The notes beneath the pieces are model-generated. The model saw nothing but the letters and a program-made list of their open reading frames with translations, searched no databases and was not told the origin of the DNA. A stretch of 64,000 bases of DNA from Candidatus Latescibacterota bacterium. GTDB lineage: Bacteria > Latescibacterota > UBA2968. This document shows positions 40,769 through 49,452 of the stretch, one piece after another (the first letter of the stretch is position 1; each line of letters starts with the position of its first letter). The stretch lies in the NCBI GenBank assembly GCA_965205975.1, contig OZ242195.1:2112001-2176000 (forward strand), read 5' to 3'. Made by a program: the position numbers and the translations under genes.

Positions 40769-41656
40769 GTGATCAATTACGGCGAAGGAGTTGCACTTGG
40801 GGCGTCACTGGTATGGGCATCCACCAGCCTCGTCTTAAGAACGCTATCCCAGCACCAGCCATCGGCACTCATCACAGCCATCCGTTGTGGGATTTCTGGT
40901 CCTTTCTTTTGGATGCTGCTCCCTTTTGGTCCCCCTCTATCCACACTCACCGACGTACCGCTGCACGAATGGGGACTATTGATCGGCTCCGTATTCATCG
41001 GCATTGTCATTGGCGATCAACTCTATTTACACGCCATGAAAGAAATTGGCGTATCGCGCACAATGGCACTGGTTGGCACGCTTCCAATTACAACGCTAAT
41101 TTGGGAGCAATTGTTGCTCGATGTACCCGTCACCCATACCTTTATTTTTGGATGTGTGTTGGCGGCATCCGGTGTTATCTTACTCTCTCAACGACCGCGT
41201 CAAAAACGCCAGGACACACAAGAACAACCCATTCGCCTCAAACGCGGGATAGCCTTTGCCCTTATCACATCTTTACTCTGGGGTTTAAGCACCACCATGC
41301 TCAAACCTGCGATGGCACATCTCACCAGTATTCAGGCCAACAGCGTACGAATGCCGCTCGTAGCCCTATCATTATTTGGCATTTGGCGGCTCAATCAGGG
41401 ACGCGGCAACCTGCGCGACATCGGATGGCGCACATTTGCTCTGATTGCCATAACCGGCCTTTTTGGCATGGGCTTCGGATCTTTCTTCTACGTCGAAGCT
41501 GTTCTGTTCATCGGACCCGCCAAAACAGCAACAGTAACAACTGCAACACCCGTCCTCGCACTCATCCTGGCCGTAATCTTTCTCAAAGAACAAATTACGC
41601 TCCGCATTCTCACAGGCGTTGCGCTCTGCGTAGCTGGCGTTCTGCTCGTGCTTTGA
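40769..41656 (+). CDS. EamA/DMT family transporter
   Basis: About ten TMs in two EamA repeats (AM.EIGVSR, AV.FIGPAK, IFLKE); GTG start chosen because ATG 40724 lies within the terminator. Confidence 0.85.
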   Translation: MINYGEGVALGASLVWASTSLVLRTLSQHQPSALITAIRCGISGPFFWMLLPFGPPLSTLTDVPLHEWGLLIGSVFIGIVIGDQLYLHAMKEIGVSRTMALVGTLPITTLIWEQLLLDVPVTHTFIFGCVLAASGVILLSQRPRQKRQDTQEQPIRLKRGIAFALITSLLWGLSTTMLKPAMAHLTSIQANSVRMPLVALSLFGIWRLNQGRGNLRDIGWRTFALIAITGLFGMGFGSFFYVEAVLFIGPAKTATVTTATPVLALILAVIFLKEQITLRILTGVALCVAGVLLVL

Positions 41657-41756
41657 TCCTTGATTGCACAGTTGACAAAGTCTCAAGTACAAATTAAACT
41701 ATGACCCCTCTCGGAAACCCAGTGAATATACACAACAGCTAAAAACAGGAGCAAAC

Positions 41757-42428
41757 ATGGACGGCATTCACGACATGGGCGGGATGCATGGATTTGGTCC
41801 CATAGAGCGCGAAGAAAACGAACCCTTATTTCACCATCCCTGGGAAAGCCGGGTACTCGCCATATCCGTAGCCACACCTGTGCCGATTCCCGGAGGCTCC
41901 CGCAACAACATCGAAAACATGGACCCCGCGCACTACCTCTCATCCAGCTATTACGAAAAATGGCTGTACTCCCGTATCAAAGGACTGATCGACGCTGGCG
42001 TCCTGACCCCGGAAGAAATGGAAACGCGGATGGCACTCTTGCGGAACAATCCCAATGCCGAAACTCCGGTACATCCCGATCCCGATGCCGTCAGAGCAGA
42101 ACTCAAACGATCCCGTCCCGCTAATCCACCCAAACAAAAAACGGACATCCAGCCGCAATTTTCCAATGGCGACCGCGTAAGATCGCGCAATATCCACTCC
42201 GAAGGCCACACCCGGCTTCCCCGATACGTAAGAGGCAAATACGGCACCGTCACCAATTACTACGGCATCTACAATCTCCAGGACGCCGAACTGCCCACAG
42301 GATGTACAAACCGCCAGCAACCCTTATACGCCGTGCGCTTTGAAGCCTCCGAACTATGGGGTAACGCTGCCGAAACAAAAAGTGCCGTCTATCTGGACAT
42401 GTGGGAAAGCTATCTGGAACCCGTTTAA
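41757..42428 (+). CDS. nthB: Nitrile hydratase beta subunit
   Basis: MDGIHDMGG, FHHPWE, YYEKW, GHTRLPRYVRG, DMWESYL. Confidence 0.95.
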   Translation: MDGIHDMGGMHGFGPIEREENEPLFHHPWESRVLAISVATPVPIPGGSRNNIENMDPAHYLSSSYYEKWLYSRIKGLIDAGVLTPEEMETRMALLRNNPNAETPVHPDPDAVRAELKRSRPANPPKQKTDIQPQFSNGDRVRSRNIHSEGHTRLPRYVRGKYGTVTNYYGIYNLQDAELPTGCTNRQQPLYAVRFEASELWGNAAETKSAVYLDMWESYLEPV

Positions 42429-42455
42429 CCATCCCCAAGCACAAAAGGATTTTTT

Positions 42456-43049
42456 ATGAACACTGTTTCCCAAACCGACACTGCTCTGCGCACCAGAGCG
42501 CTCGAATCGCTCCTGATTGAAAAGGGATTGCTTACAACGGAGATTATAGACGAAATCGTAGAAAAATACGAAAAAGACGTAGGTCCTCTCAACGGCGCCA
42601 AAGTGGTTGCCCGCGCCTGGACCGACCCGGACTACAAGCGACGGCTGCTTGAAGATGGTAGAGCGGCAATTGCCGAACTGGGGTTTGACAGCGCGCAGGG
42701 AGCCAAAATAGTCGTACTGGAAAACACCCCAGATGTCCACCACCTCGTCGTCTGCACCCTGTGCTCTTGTTATCCCTGGTCCGTGCTCGGCTTGCCTCCG
42801 AACTGGTACAAATCCTACGCGTACCGCTCGCGTGCCGTACGAGAGCCAAGAGCCGTCTTGCGGGAATTTAACCTCAATCTATCCGATACCGTAGAAATCC
42901 GCGTCTGGGACAGCAACTCGGACCTCCGCTACATGGTCCTGCCCGAACGCCCTGCTGGCACAGAAGACTACACCGAAGAACAACTCATCTCACTTGTCAC
43001 GCGCGACGCAATGATCGGCGTCGCCAAAATCGAATCGCCTTCAAAGTGA
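42456..43049 (+). CDS. nthA: Nitrile hydratase alpha subunit, cobalt type
   Basis: VCTLCSCYP (Co-type T/Y signature), [17 protein letters not shown]. Confidence 0.95.
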   Translation: MNTVSQTDTALRTRALESLLIEKGLLTTEIIDEIVEKYEKDVGPLNGAKVVARAWTDPDYKRRLLEDGRAAIAELGFDSAQGAKIVVLENTPDVHHLVVCTLCSCYPWSVLGLPPNWYKSYAYRSRAVREPRAVLREFNLNLSDTVEIRVWDSNSDLRYMVLPERPAGTEDYTEEQLISLVTRDAMIGVAKIESPSK

Positions 43050-43056
43050 GGCTGGA

Positions 43057-43401
43057 ATGACGCAAAAAGCCGACAAAAACATCGCCACCATGGAAACACA
43101 AATCGCCCTGCCCAGAGAAAATGGAGAACTCGTTTTTCAGGCGCCCTGGGAAGCGCGCGCTTTTGGCCTTGCCGTTGCACTCAACGAAAAAGACCTCTAC
43201 GAATGGCGAGAGTTCAGTTCCCAATTGGCTTCGGAAATCGCGATAGCAGAACAAAACAACAACCCATCGAGCTACTATGCCCGATGGATCGCTTCCCTCG
43301 AAGAATTGCTCATTGATAGGGGCTTGATCAGCCGGGAACAACTGGACGCCAGAACAGCGGAATACGCCATTCACGACGATCACGATCATGACGATCACTA
43401 A
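43057..43401 (+). CDS. Nitrile hydratase accessory protein
   Basis: LPR.NGELVF.APWEARAF, YY..W..SLE, His/Asp-rich tail. Confidence 0.9.
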   Translation: MTQKADKNIATMETQIALPRENGELVFQAPWEARAFGLAVALNEKDLYEWREFSSQLASEIAIAEQNNNPSSYYARWIASLEELLIDRGLISREQLDARTAEYAIHDDHDHDDH

Positions 43402-43419
43402 AAATTACGAACCTCAAAC

Positions 43420-43457
43420 CAGAAAGGGTTACGCCGAGGTGACGTAACCCTTTTTTT
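43420..43457 (+). terminator. Terminator after the NHase operon
   Basis: aaagggttacg...cgtaaccc-ttttttt. Confidence 0.8.
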
Positions 43458-43507
43458 GTTTCATTTTAGCCGCTAACTGTGACCGCTTGTTTTCGCTAAA
43501 ATTTTTG

Positions 43508-44671
43508 TCAGTTGATTTTCCCAGCCTGAAATTGCTCGAATAAAACTTCCTCTAAGCGACATTTTAAGGTTCTGGGTTTGAGAAATAGCTGTTTCTCTTC
43601 TTCGGGTGGACAAACATCCACGGGTACTGCATGTGCAAGCCGCGTGAATTTGTACTGCACGCCATCAAGTTGAAATTCGCGATTCTCAAGCTGGGCATAT
43701 AATGTGAGCAAAGCAGGCCAATCGCGATAATTTTCTCCGTAAATGTCAACCAAAAAAGGGTACTTGATATCCCGTTCCAGCTTCAAATGCCAGTTGAATC
43801 CCCACGCGGGATTTTGGAGTAACACACCCCATATTTCTTCCCGTTCAGAATACTGAAAGTACGTGTTTGTGTGCCAGATAAGGCCAAGCCAGCACATGCC
43901 AGCCCCGCGGGCATTGATATCCACACCTCCAGCCATCACCTTCCATTCTGGCCTTTGCTTTGCATTTTGGAGAAACAATTCAGACGCAAATGCATGGGTA
44001 TGCGGAAACCAGCAAAACCCCGATAAGTCTGCATCCGTCCCAATAAATCCGCCCTTATACGAATCTGAGAGCCAGCGAACGTGCGTACCTGTCCTGAGCC
44101 GCGTAAAGTTGATCCCCGTGTGAATAAAATCTCTAAAATTTGATTCTGTAAGATATGCATCTGTCCAGTCGGATACTCTGCCATCAGTGCGAAAGAACGT
44201 GCAACCTTCAACGGTCGTCCTGGAAAAGTCTGCGCCCATCATCTGGGCATGATCGAAGGTACAGTCCAGAAATTTGGCTCCTCGAAAAATCGCTCTGGTG
44301 AGATTGGCCCTGCTAAAATTACAACGAGTGAAAACCGATTGTGAATGATCTGATAACGATAGATTGAGACCTGAATAATCCTGGTCTGTGTGCTCACAAT
44401 TTTTTCCCTTTTTCAAGACCTCAGCGGCAAGACCATTCGCATTCAAAAGGTAATCTATCGATATCTTACTCTTTGTCTCTTTTTTGATAAATTCAGCTAA
44501 CTTCAACGCTGTACGACGTTGAAGTCGCGCATTTCCCTGAATTGCGCGATGCACCGTTGATTGTGGGACACCTGAACAGCTTGCAATATACTCCAGTGTA
44601 AGACAATCATCCTGCTCGCGTAGCCAACGCAGTTCACGCGATATTCTCTGGCTTAAACTTTCCTGATACAC
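43508..44671 (-). CDS. XRE-type HTH + pentapeptide-repeat protein with unknown C-terminal domain
   Basis: LTLEYIASCSGVPQSTVHRAIQG; repeats CNFSR/ANLTR/AIFRG/AKFLD/CTFDH/AQMMG/ADFSR. Confidence 0.8.
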   Translation of the reverse strand: MYQESLSQRISRELRWLREQDDCLTLEYIASCSGVPQSTVHRAIQGNARLQRRTALKLAEFIKKETKSKISIDYLLNANGLAAEVLKKGKNCEHTDQDYSGLNLSLSDHSQSVFTRCNFSRANLTRAIFRGAKFLDCTFDHAQMMGADFSRTTVEGCTFFRTDGRVSDWTDAYLTESNFRDFIHTGINFTRLRTGTHVRWLSDSYKGGFIGTDADLSGFCWFPHTHAFASELFLQNAKQRPEWKVMAGGVDINARGAGMCWLGLIWHTNTYFQYSEREEIWGVLLQNPAWGFNWHLKLERDIKYPFLVDIYGENYRDWPALLTLYAQLENREFQLDGVQYKFTRLAHAVPVDVCPPEEEKQLFLKPRTLKCRLEEVLFEQFQAGKIN

Positions 44672-44797
44672 TCCTTTACCCTCCTCAAAATGGAAAAAAA
44701 TGGAATGGAAATAACTTGCTTATTCGATGGCTTAAATTACATTCCGAAGCAAAATTTCGCCACTATTTTTTATATATCTCTCTATTCAATATCATCT

Positions 44798-45058
44798 ATG
44801 CTCATGAAGAACTCAATTAAAAATAAAGTGAAAAGCGTGGTTATTGATTCATTAGAGCTTAGTATTGCTCCAGATGAAATGGACAATAATGATATATTAT
44901 TTGGTGAAGGATTAGGTGGGAACTCAATGGCACTGATGGAAGTGATCGTTGGCCTTGAAAAGGCTTTTGAGATAGAAATATCTGATGAAGAGTTAATCAT
45001 GGGTGTTTTTGAGACCGTAAATAGCATTGCTGAGTTCATAAAATCCAAAATATCCTGA
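44798..45058 (+). CDS. Acyl carrier protein
   Basis: LFGEGLGGNSMALMEVIVGLEKAFEIEISDEEL...FETV.SIAEFI; Ppant Ser retained, preceding Asp is Asn. Confidence 0.85.
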   Translation: MLMKNSIKNKVKSVVIDSLELSIAPDEMDNNDILFGEGLGGNSMALMEVIVGLEKAFEIEISDEELIMGVFETVNSIAEFIKSKIS

Positions 45059-45081
45059 ATGAATACAAGTGGGACCGAAGT

Positions 45082-46218
45082 GTGACAAGAAGAAAGAGAC
45101 TAATTTTTTATAGCCAACATCTCGTAGGTGTAGGGCATCATTTTCGCAATCGCCAGATCATTCGCGCATTGGCTGACGAATATGACGTTTATTTTATTGA
45201 CGGCGGCAGACCAGTGCCAGGGGCGACGCTGCCAGCTTCGGTGCAAACATATCATCTGACTCCTGTCTTCAAAGACCTGACTTCCGGGCGCTTAACCTCG
45301 GAAACTGGATATGATATCCAGACAGTATTAAAAGCGCGGAAGCAGTCACTGAATAGAGTGGTTACCCGTATTTGCCCTGATATTTTTATCATCGAATACT
45401 TCCCTTTTGCCCGTTGGGAACTCGCCAGTGAATTGCTTGCCGCCATCTGCAAAGCGCGATCTATTAACCTCAATATTCGCATTATATGTTCGCTGCGCGA
45501 TGTGCCAAGGCGCACACAAAATGCTGATCGGGTTTATTCGATTTTGAATCGGCACTTTCACGCGCTCTTGATACACGCAGACCCCCAATTGACCCGGTTG
45601 GAGGATCATTTTCCCTATACGAACAAGATTCACATACCGATTCACTACACGGGGTATGTTGTAGAACCATTCAAAGACGTTGATAGTAGGTTCCAGAAAC
45701 AGAACAGCGTGCTGGTCAGTGCAGGTGGTGGGGCTGATGGTTATAATCTGATCAAACCGTGCATCAGAGCATGGCTGTATTTGTCTCAAAAAAACATTAT
45801 TGAAAACCAAAAAATGGTCATATTCACAGGCCCTTTTATGCCACAAGTACAATATGCTGATCTTAAATGCATGTGCAATGGCGGTCCTTTCCAAATTGAC
45901 CGGTTTACATCCCACTTTCTCCAATGGATGCAGTGTGCTGATCTTTCCATCAGCCGGGCAGGATATAATACCTGCATGAATATCCTGGAAACGCGCACCA
46001 AAGCCATTCTGGTCCCAGGTTCTCTCGTCAGCGATCAAAAATTCAGAGCAAAGAGAATGGCGGCATTAGGACTTGTCGAGTGTATAGCAAGTGATAGGTT
46101 GAATCCATTTTGTCTGGCTGAGTCTATACAGCACGGCCTGACCAAAGAACCATTGCATCATAATATTTCTCTAAATGGAGCTGAAGAAACTCGCCGATAT
46201 TTTGCTAACGTCAAATGA
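45082..46218 (+). CDS. GT-B glycosyltransferase (GT1/GT28-like)
   Basis: YSQHLVGVGH, IEYFPF.R, SLRD, YTGYV, VSAGGG, SRAGYNT. Confidence 0.85.
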   Translation: MTRRKRLIFYSQHLVGVGHHFRNRQIIRALADEYDVYFIDGGRPVPGATLPASVQTYHLTPVFKDLTSGRLTSETGYDIQTVLKARKQSLNRVVTRICPDIFIIEYFPFARWELASELLAAICKARSINLNIRIICSLRDVPRRTQNADRVYSILNRHFHALLIHADPQLTRLEDHFPYTNKIHIPIHYTGYVVEPFKDVDSRFQKQNSVLVSAGGGADGYNLIKPCIRAWLYLSQKNIIENQKMVIFTGPFMPQVQYADLKCMCNGGPFQIDRFTSHFLQWMQCADLSISRAGYNTCMNILETRTKAILVPGSLVSDQKFRAKRMAALGLVECIASDRLNPFCLAESIQHGLTKEPLHHNISLNGAEETRRYFANVK

Positions 46219-47207
46219 AAACGATGCCTAAAAACAAAGCCTTATCTCCTATTGGTCCATATATCAATCATATCTACGGACCTTCAAGAATAGACTATAA
46301 TCCTGATGAACTGATTGTGTTGTGTCTCGTTCGCGATGGGCAAGCCTACATGCGAACATTTATTGAACATTATTTGGAGCTTGGAATCAGACATATTGTT
46401 TTTTTAGATAATGGCTCAAAAGACAGGACGCTTGCCATTGCCAGGCAGTATCCTAAAATATCCATCTTTTCTACCGCGCTGCCGTATAAAGAATATAAAT
46501 ATCAAATGAAGGAATATTTGATTCGACGGTTCGGAAAAAACAGATGGTCGCTTTACGTCGATATCGACGAACTATTCGACTTTCCTTCATCAGACAAAAT
46601 CGGCATCACAGATTTTTTGGCTTACTTAAACGCGCATTCATTTACTGCAGTTGTGGCACAAATGCTCGATATGTTTTCTGAGGATACATTGGGAAATTTG
46701 CCCAACGCAGAATCGACATCCTTAATGGCTACTTGCAATTATTACGATTTGTCGGAGATAACTAAAAAAGTGTATTCAGATGCCAAATTTTGTCCTCATA
46801 ATTTTGTTTCTAACGAAAAGATTACCCACTACAAAGGTGGCATAAGGCAAACACTTTTTGGCGCGGATTGTTCATTGACGAAACATCCGCTTATTTTTTT
46901 AGATGATGAAATTGAGCCTATGTGCCAGTCTTCTCATAAAATCGAAAATGGGTATATCGCAGATATTACAACTGTGCTCTACCATTTCAAATTCATTGAG
47001 GGTTTTGAAAGCCTCACTCAAAGGGCGGTTCGTGAAGAGAATTACTCAATGAACTCACGAGAATATAAGCGGTACTACGAAGTCCTGAAACGCCACCCCA
47101 ATCTGAAGATCAAACAAATAACTTCGAGAAAGCTGAACAACGTCAATGAATTGGTGGAAAACGGGTTTCTTGTTGTTTCGGAAAATTTTCAGAATTGGAT
47201 TTCCTGA
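46215..47207 (+). CDS. GT-A glycosyltransferase (GT2-like)
   Basis: VRD, FIEHY..LG, FLDNGS.D.T, WSLYVDIDE (DxD), HFKF. Confidence 0.85.
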   Translation: MKTMPKNKALSPIGPYINHIYGPSRIDYNPDELIVLCLVRDGQAYMRTFIEHYLELGIRHIVFLDNGSKDRTLAIARQYPKISIFSTALPYKEYKYQMKEYLIRRFGKNRWSLYVDIDELFDFPSSDKIGITDFLAYLNAHSFTAVVAQMLDMFSEDTLGNLPNAESTSLMATCNYYDLSEITKKVYSDAKFCPHNFVSNEKITHYKGGIRQTLFGADCSLTKHPLIFLDDEIEPMCQSSHKIENGYIADITTVLYHFKFIEGFESLTQRAVREENYSMNSREYKRYYEVLKRHPNLKIKQITSRKLNNVNELVENGFLVVSENFQNWIS

Positions 47208-47230
47208 GATCTCCTAATTTGTGGAAAAAA

Positions 47231-48259
47231 ATGAAAAAAGAATTGCCAATCGGAATGCCCCGAATCACTTGCGCACTTCACCATGCTTATCCCCTGTCCA
47301 TATTGGCAATCTCGGATGATTATCTTCCCTGGTTTTATAGCCATTACATCCAGATGGAATTTCAAACAGACGAAAAACAAAAATTCAACTTTTATCGCTA
47401 TCCCAAATATCATATGGCTGTATCGCCCTGGTTGCAGACCCAAATCGTGCATCATAATGTCATTCGCAAGGCGTACAAAAAAATCGTAGATTTTGTTATA
47501 GACGCCATTGATGAGGATCTATATGTCCAGATGGATGTTGACGAGTTTTATATACCTAACAAGGCATTGTACCACAGTCGGCATTACACCCGTGAATTGC
47601 TTATTTACGGATATGACGCACCAAACCAAACCCTTACGATCTTGGGCTTTGACGCAAAGGGAAATTACACATCAAGTGAGGTCCCTTTTTTTAATTTCGA
47701 GCAAGCGCATATAAATTCTATATCGCGCAATGAACAGGATTGCAGAGTACGGATGTTTAAATATCTCGATAATGCATACTATGAATTCGAACTTGAAGTC
47801 GTGCTTGAGCAATTACAAGATTATCTCTATGCCGTAAATACGTCAAAAAGATTTAGAAGTTTTTCGCGTGTTAAAAACTATGCGTATGGTCTTGCGACAT
47901 ATCGGGTTATTCAGAATTATCTTTCGTTTTTTGCCAAGAATGCGAGCGATATTAACCGCCTCATTTTTCACACACTTTGGGAACACAAACAATGCATGCA
48001 AGAACGCCTTCATTTTTTGGAACAACACGGGTTTTTAAGTTCATCTCATGCCTTGTCTATGGCTTATGCAGGCGTGAAAAAAGAGACAGAGAAATTGCGT
48101 GCGATGTCTTTTAAGTATGTCCTGACAAAAGATGCTGCGATTCTGGGAAGAATGATCGAATTGATCAATATAATTGCACTGGAAGAAGAGGCGATATTGG
48201 ATCGCGTTTGTGATGCACTGAAGACCATCATAAAAGCAAGAAGGAGGAATAATGGCTAA
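47231..48259 (+). CDS. BtrH N-terminal/C39-like fold protein (putative acyltransferase or peptidase)
   Basis: ITCALHHAYPLSI, WFYSHYIQ, DEFYIP....Y...H...ELLIYGYD, YGL..Y, LWEHK..M..R. Confidence 0.65.
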   Translation: MKKELPIGMPRITCALHHAYPLSILAISDDYLPWFYSHYIQMEFQTDEKQKFNFYRYPKYHMAVSPWLQTQIVHHNVIRKAYKKIVDFVIDAIDEDLYVQMDVDEFYIPNKALYHSRHYTRELLIYGYDAPNQTLTILGFDAKGNYTSSEVPFFNFEQAHINSISRNEQDCRVRMFKYLDNAYYEFELEVVLEQLQDYLYAVNTSKRFRSFSRVKNYAYGLATYRVIQNYLSFFAKNASDINRLIFHTLWEHKQCMQERLHFLEQHGFLSSSHALSMAYAGVKKETEKLRAMSFKYVLTKDAAILGRMIELINIIALEEEAILDRVCDALKTIIKARRRNNG

Positions 48260-49421
48260 GTATGCCGATCCTATCAAAGTCTGTTTTGCAACCTGGCAGT
48301 ATCCGCCGGATAAGGGAGGAGTCGGTCGGTCAGCACAACGGATTGCGACATATCTTGTGGAATTGGGATTTGATGTTCACGTCTTTGTACCAGATACCTC
48401 AACGCCTTTTTCCGATGATATACCAACACCCGTCACAGAGAATGGTATTCATTTATATCGCGTATCCACTGGGGCATCTGTATCTGGTAAAGAACAGGCG
48501 ATGTTTCTGACCATCAAACATTACGACGACTTGATATCCTTTGACATATTTCATGGCTTTTTCTTGCCTATCGCATATCCCTGCATCCTTGTTGCTGGGC
48601 GTACAAAGAGACCTGTTATTGCGAGCATACGAGGTGTTGATGGTTTTGGTCTGCTGGCGAATCTCGATTACTTCCCTTATATCTCTGCCGCAGTAGAAAG
48701 AGCGTCCTGGATTACCTCCGTCAATAGTGCGTTGTTAGACAATGTTTCTGTGATTTCAGATATTGAGAATAGATCGTCATTTATACCCAATTCAATAGAT
48801 GCCACAACATTTCCAAAATGGAGACCAGAGGCAGAAAACTCCGGTACGATAGGGACAGTTGCCATATTTCGCAGTAAGAAGAACTTGTCCTTACTTATTT
48901 CTGCGTATGCTAAAATAGACCCAAAACACCGCCGAAAGCTTCTACTGGTCGGCGAATTTGCCGAATATTCTAATCCCACAAAGGCAAATGCCATAGACAC
49001 CGAAAAAGCCAAAATTACCGCGTTGATTAAACAACAAGCTCTAGATAGCGAAGTCGATATGACGGGTTTCTTGGATAAAGCAGGTGTACAAGCACAGCTA
49101 TTAAACATGAATGTGTATGTGCAGTGCTCTAAATACGAAGGACTTCCAAATGCTCTTTTAGAAGCCGCCGCTGTTGGCCTTCCGATTGTTTCTACGGCGA
49201 CTGACGGCATGAAAGATGTGTTGGTAGATGGCGAAAGTGCCTTGCTTGTACCACCTGATGATCCCACTCGGCTTGCCCATGCAATAGAGATGATTTTGAC
49301 GAACGACACTCTAACACAGAAATTGTCAGAAGGAGCTCTCAAATTAGCGGAACAGCTAAGTCCGGCGTGCGAGCGAGATTTGTGGGTCCAACTTTATTAT
49401 CAATTGCTTGATATGAAATAG
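48252..49421 (+). CDS. GT4 glycosyltransferase
   Basis: YPP..GGVG, ASIRG.D, IPNSID, KK, YEGLPNALLEAAAVGLPIV. Confidence 0.9.
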   Translation: MAKYADPIKVCFATWQYPPDKGGVGRSAQRIATYLVELGFDVHVFVPDTSTPFSDDIPTPVTENGIHLYRVSTGASVSGKEQAMFLTIKHYDDLISFDIFHGFFLPIAYPCILVAGRTKRPVIASIRGVDGFGLLANLDYFPYISAAVERASWITSVNSALLDNVSVISDIENRSSFIPNSIDATTFPKWRPEAENSGTIGTVAIFRSKKNLSLLISAYAKIDPKHRRKLLLVGEFAEYSNPTKANAIDTEKAKITALIKQQALDSEVDMTGFLDKAGVQAQLLNMNVYVQCSKYEGLPNALLEAAAVGLPIVSTATDGMKDVLVDGESALLVPPDDPTRLAHAIEMILTNDTLTQKLSEGALKLAEQLSPACERDLWVQLYYQLLDMK

Positions 49422-49452
49422 CCAATCTGTCCACCTACAAAAAAAAATAGCT

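Noticed and set aside
40666..41697. 343-aa alternative-frame ORF
   Set aside because: Starts inside tRNA-Leu and overlaps the EamA gene out of frame
45082..49421. Ordinary LPS/EPS locus
   Set aside because: No flippase, polymerase or nucleotide-sugar genes; the GTs are tightly coupled to ACP, BtrH-like and S8 genes
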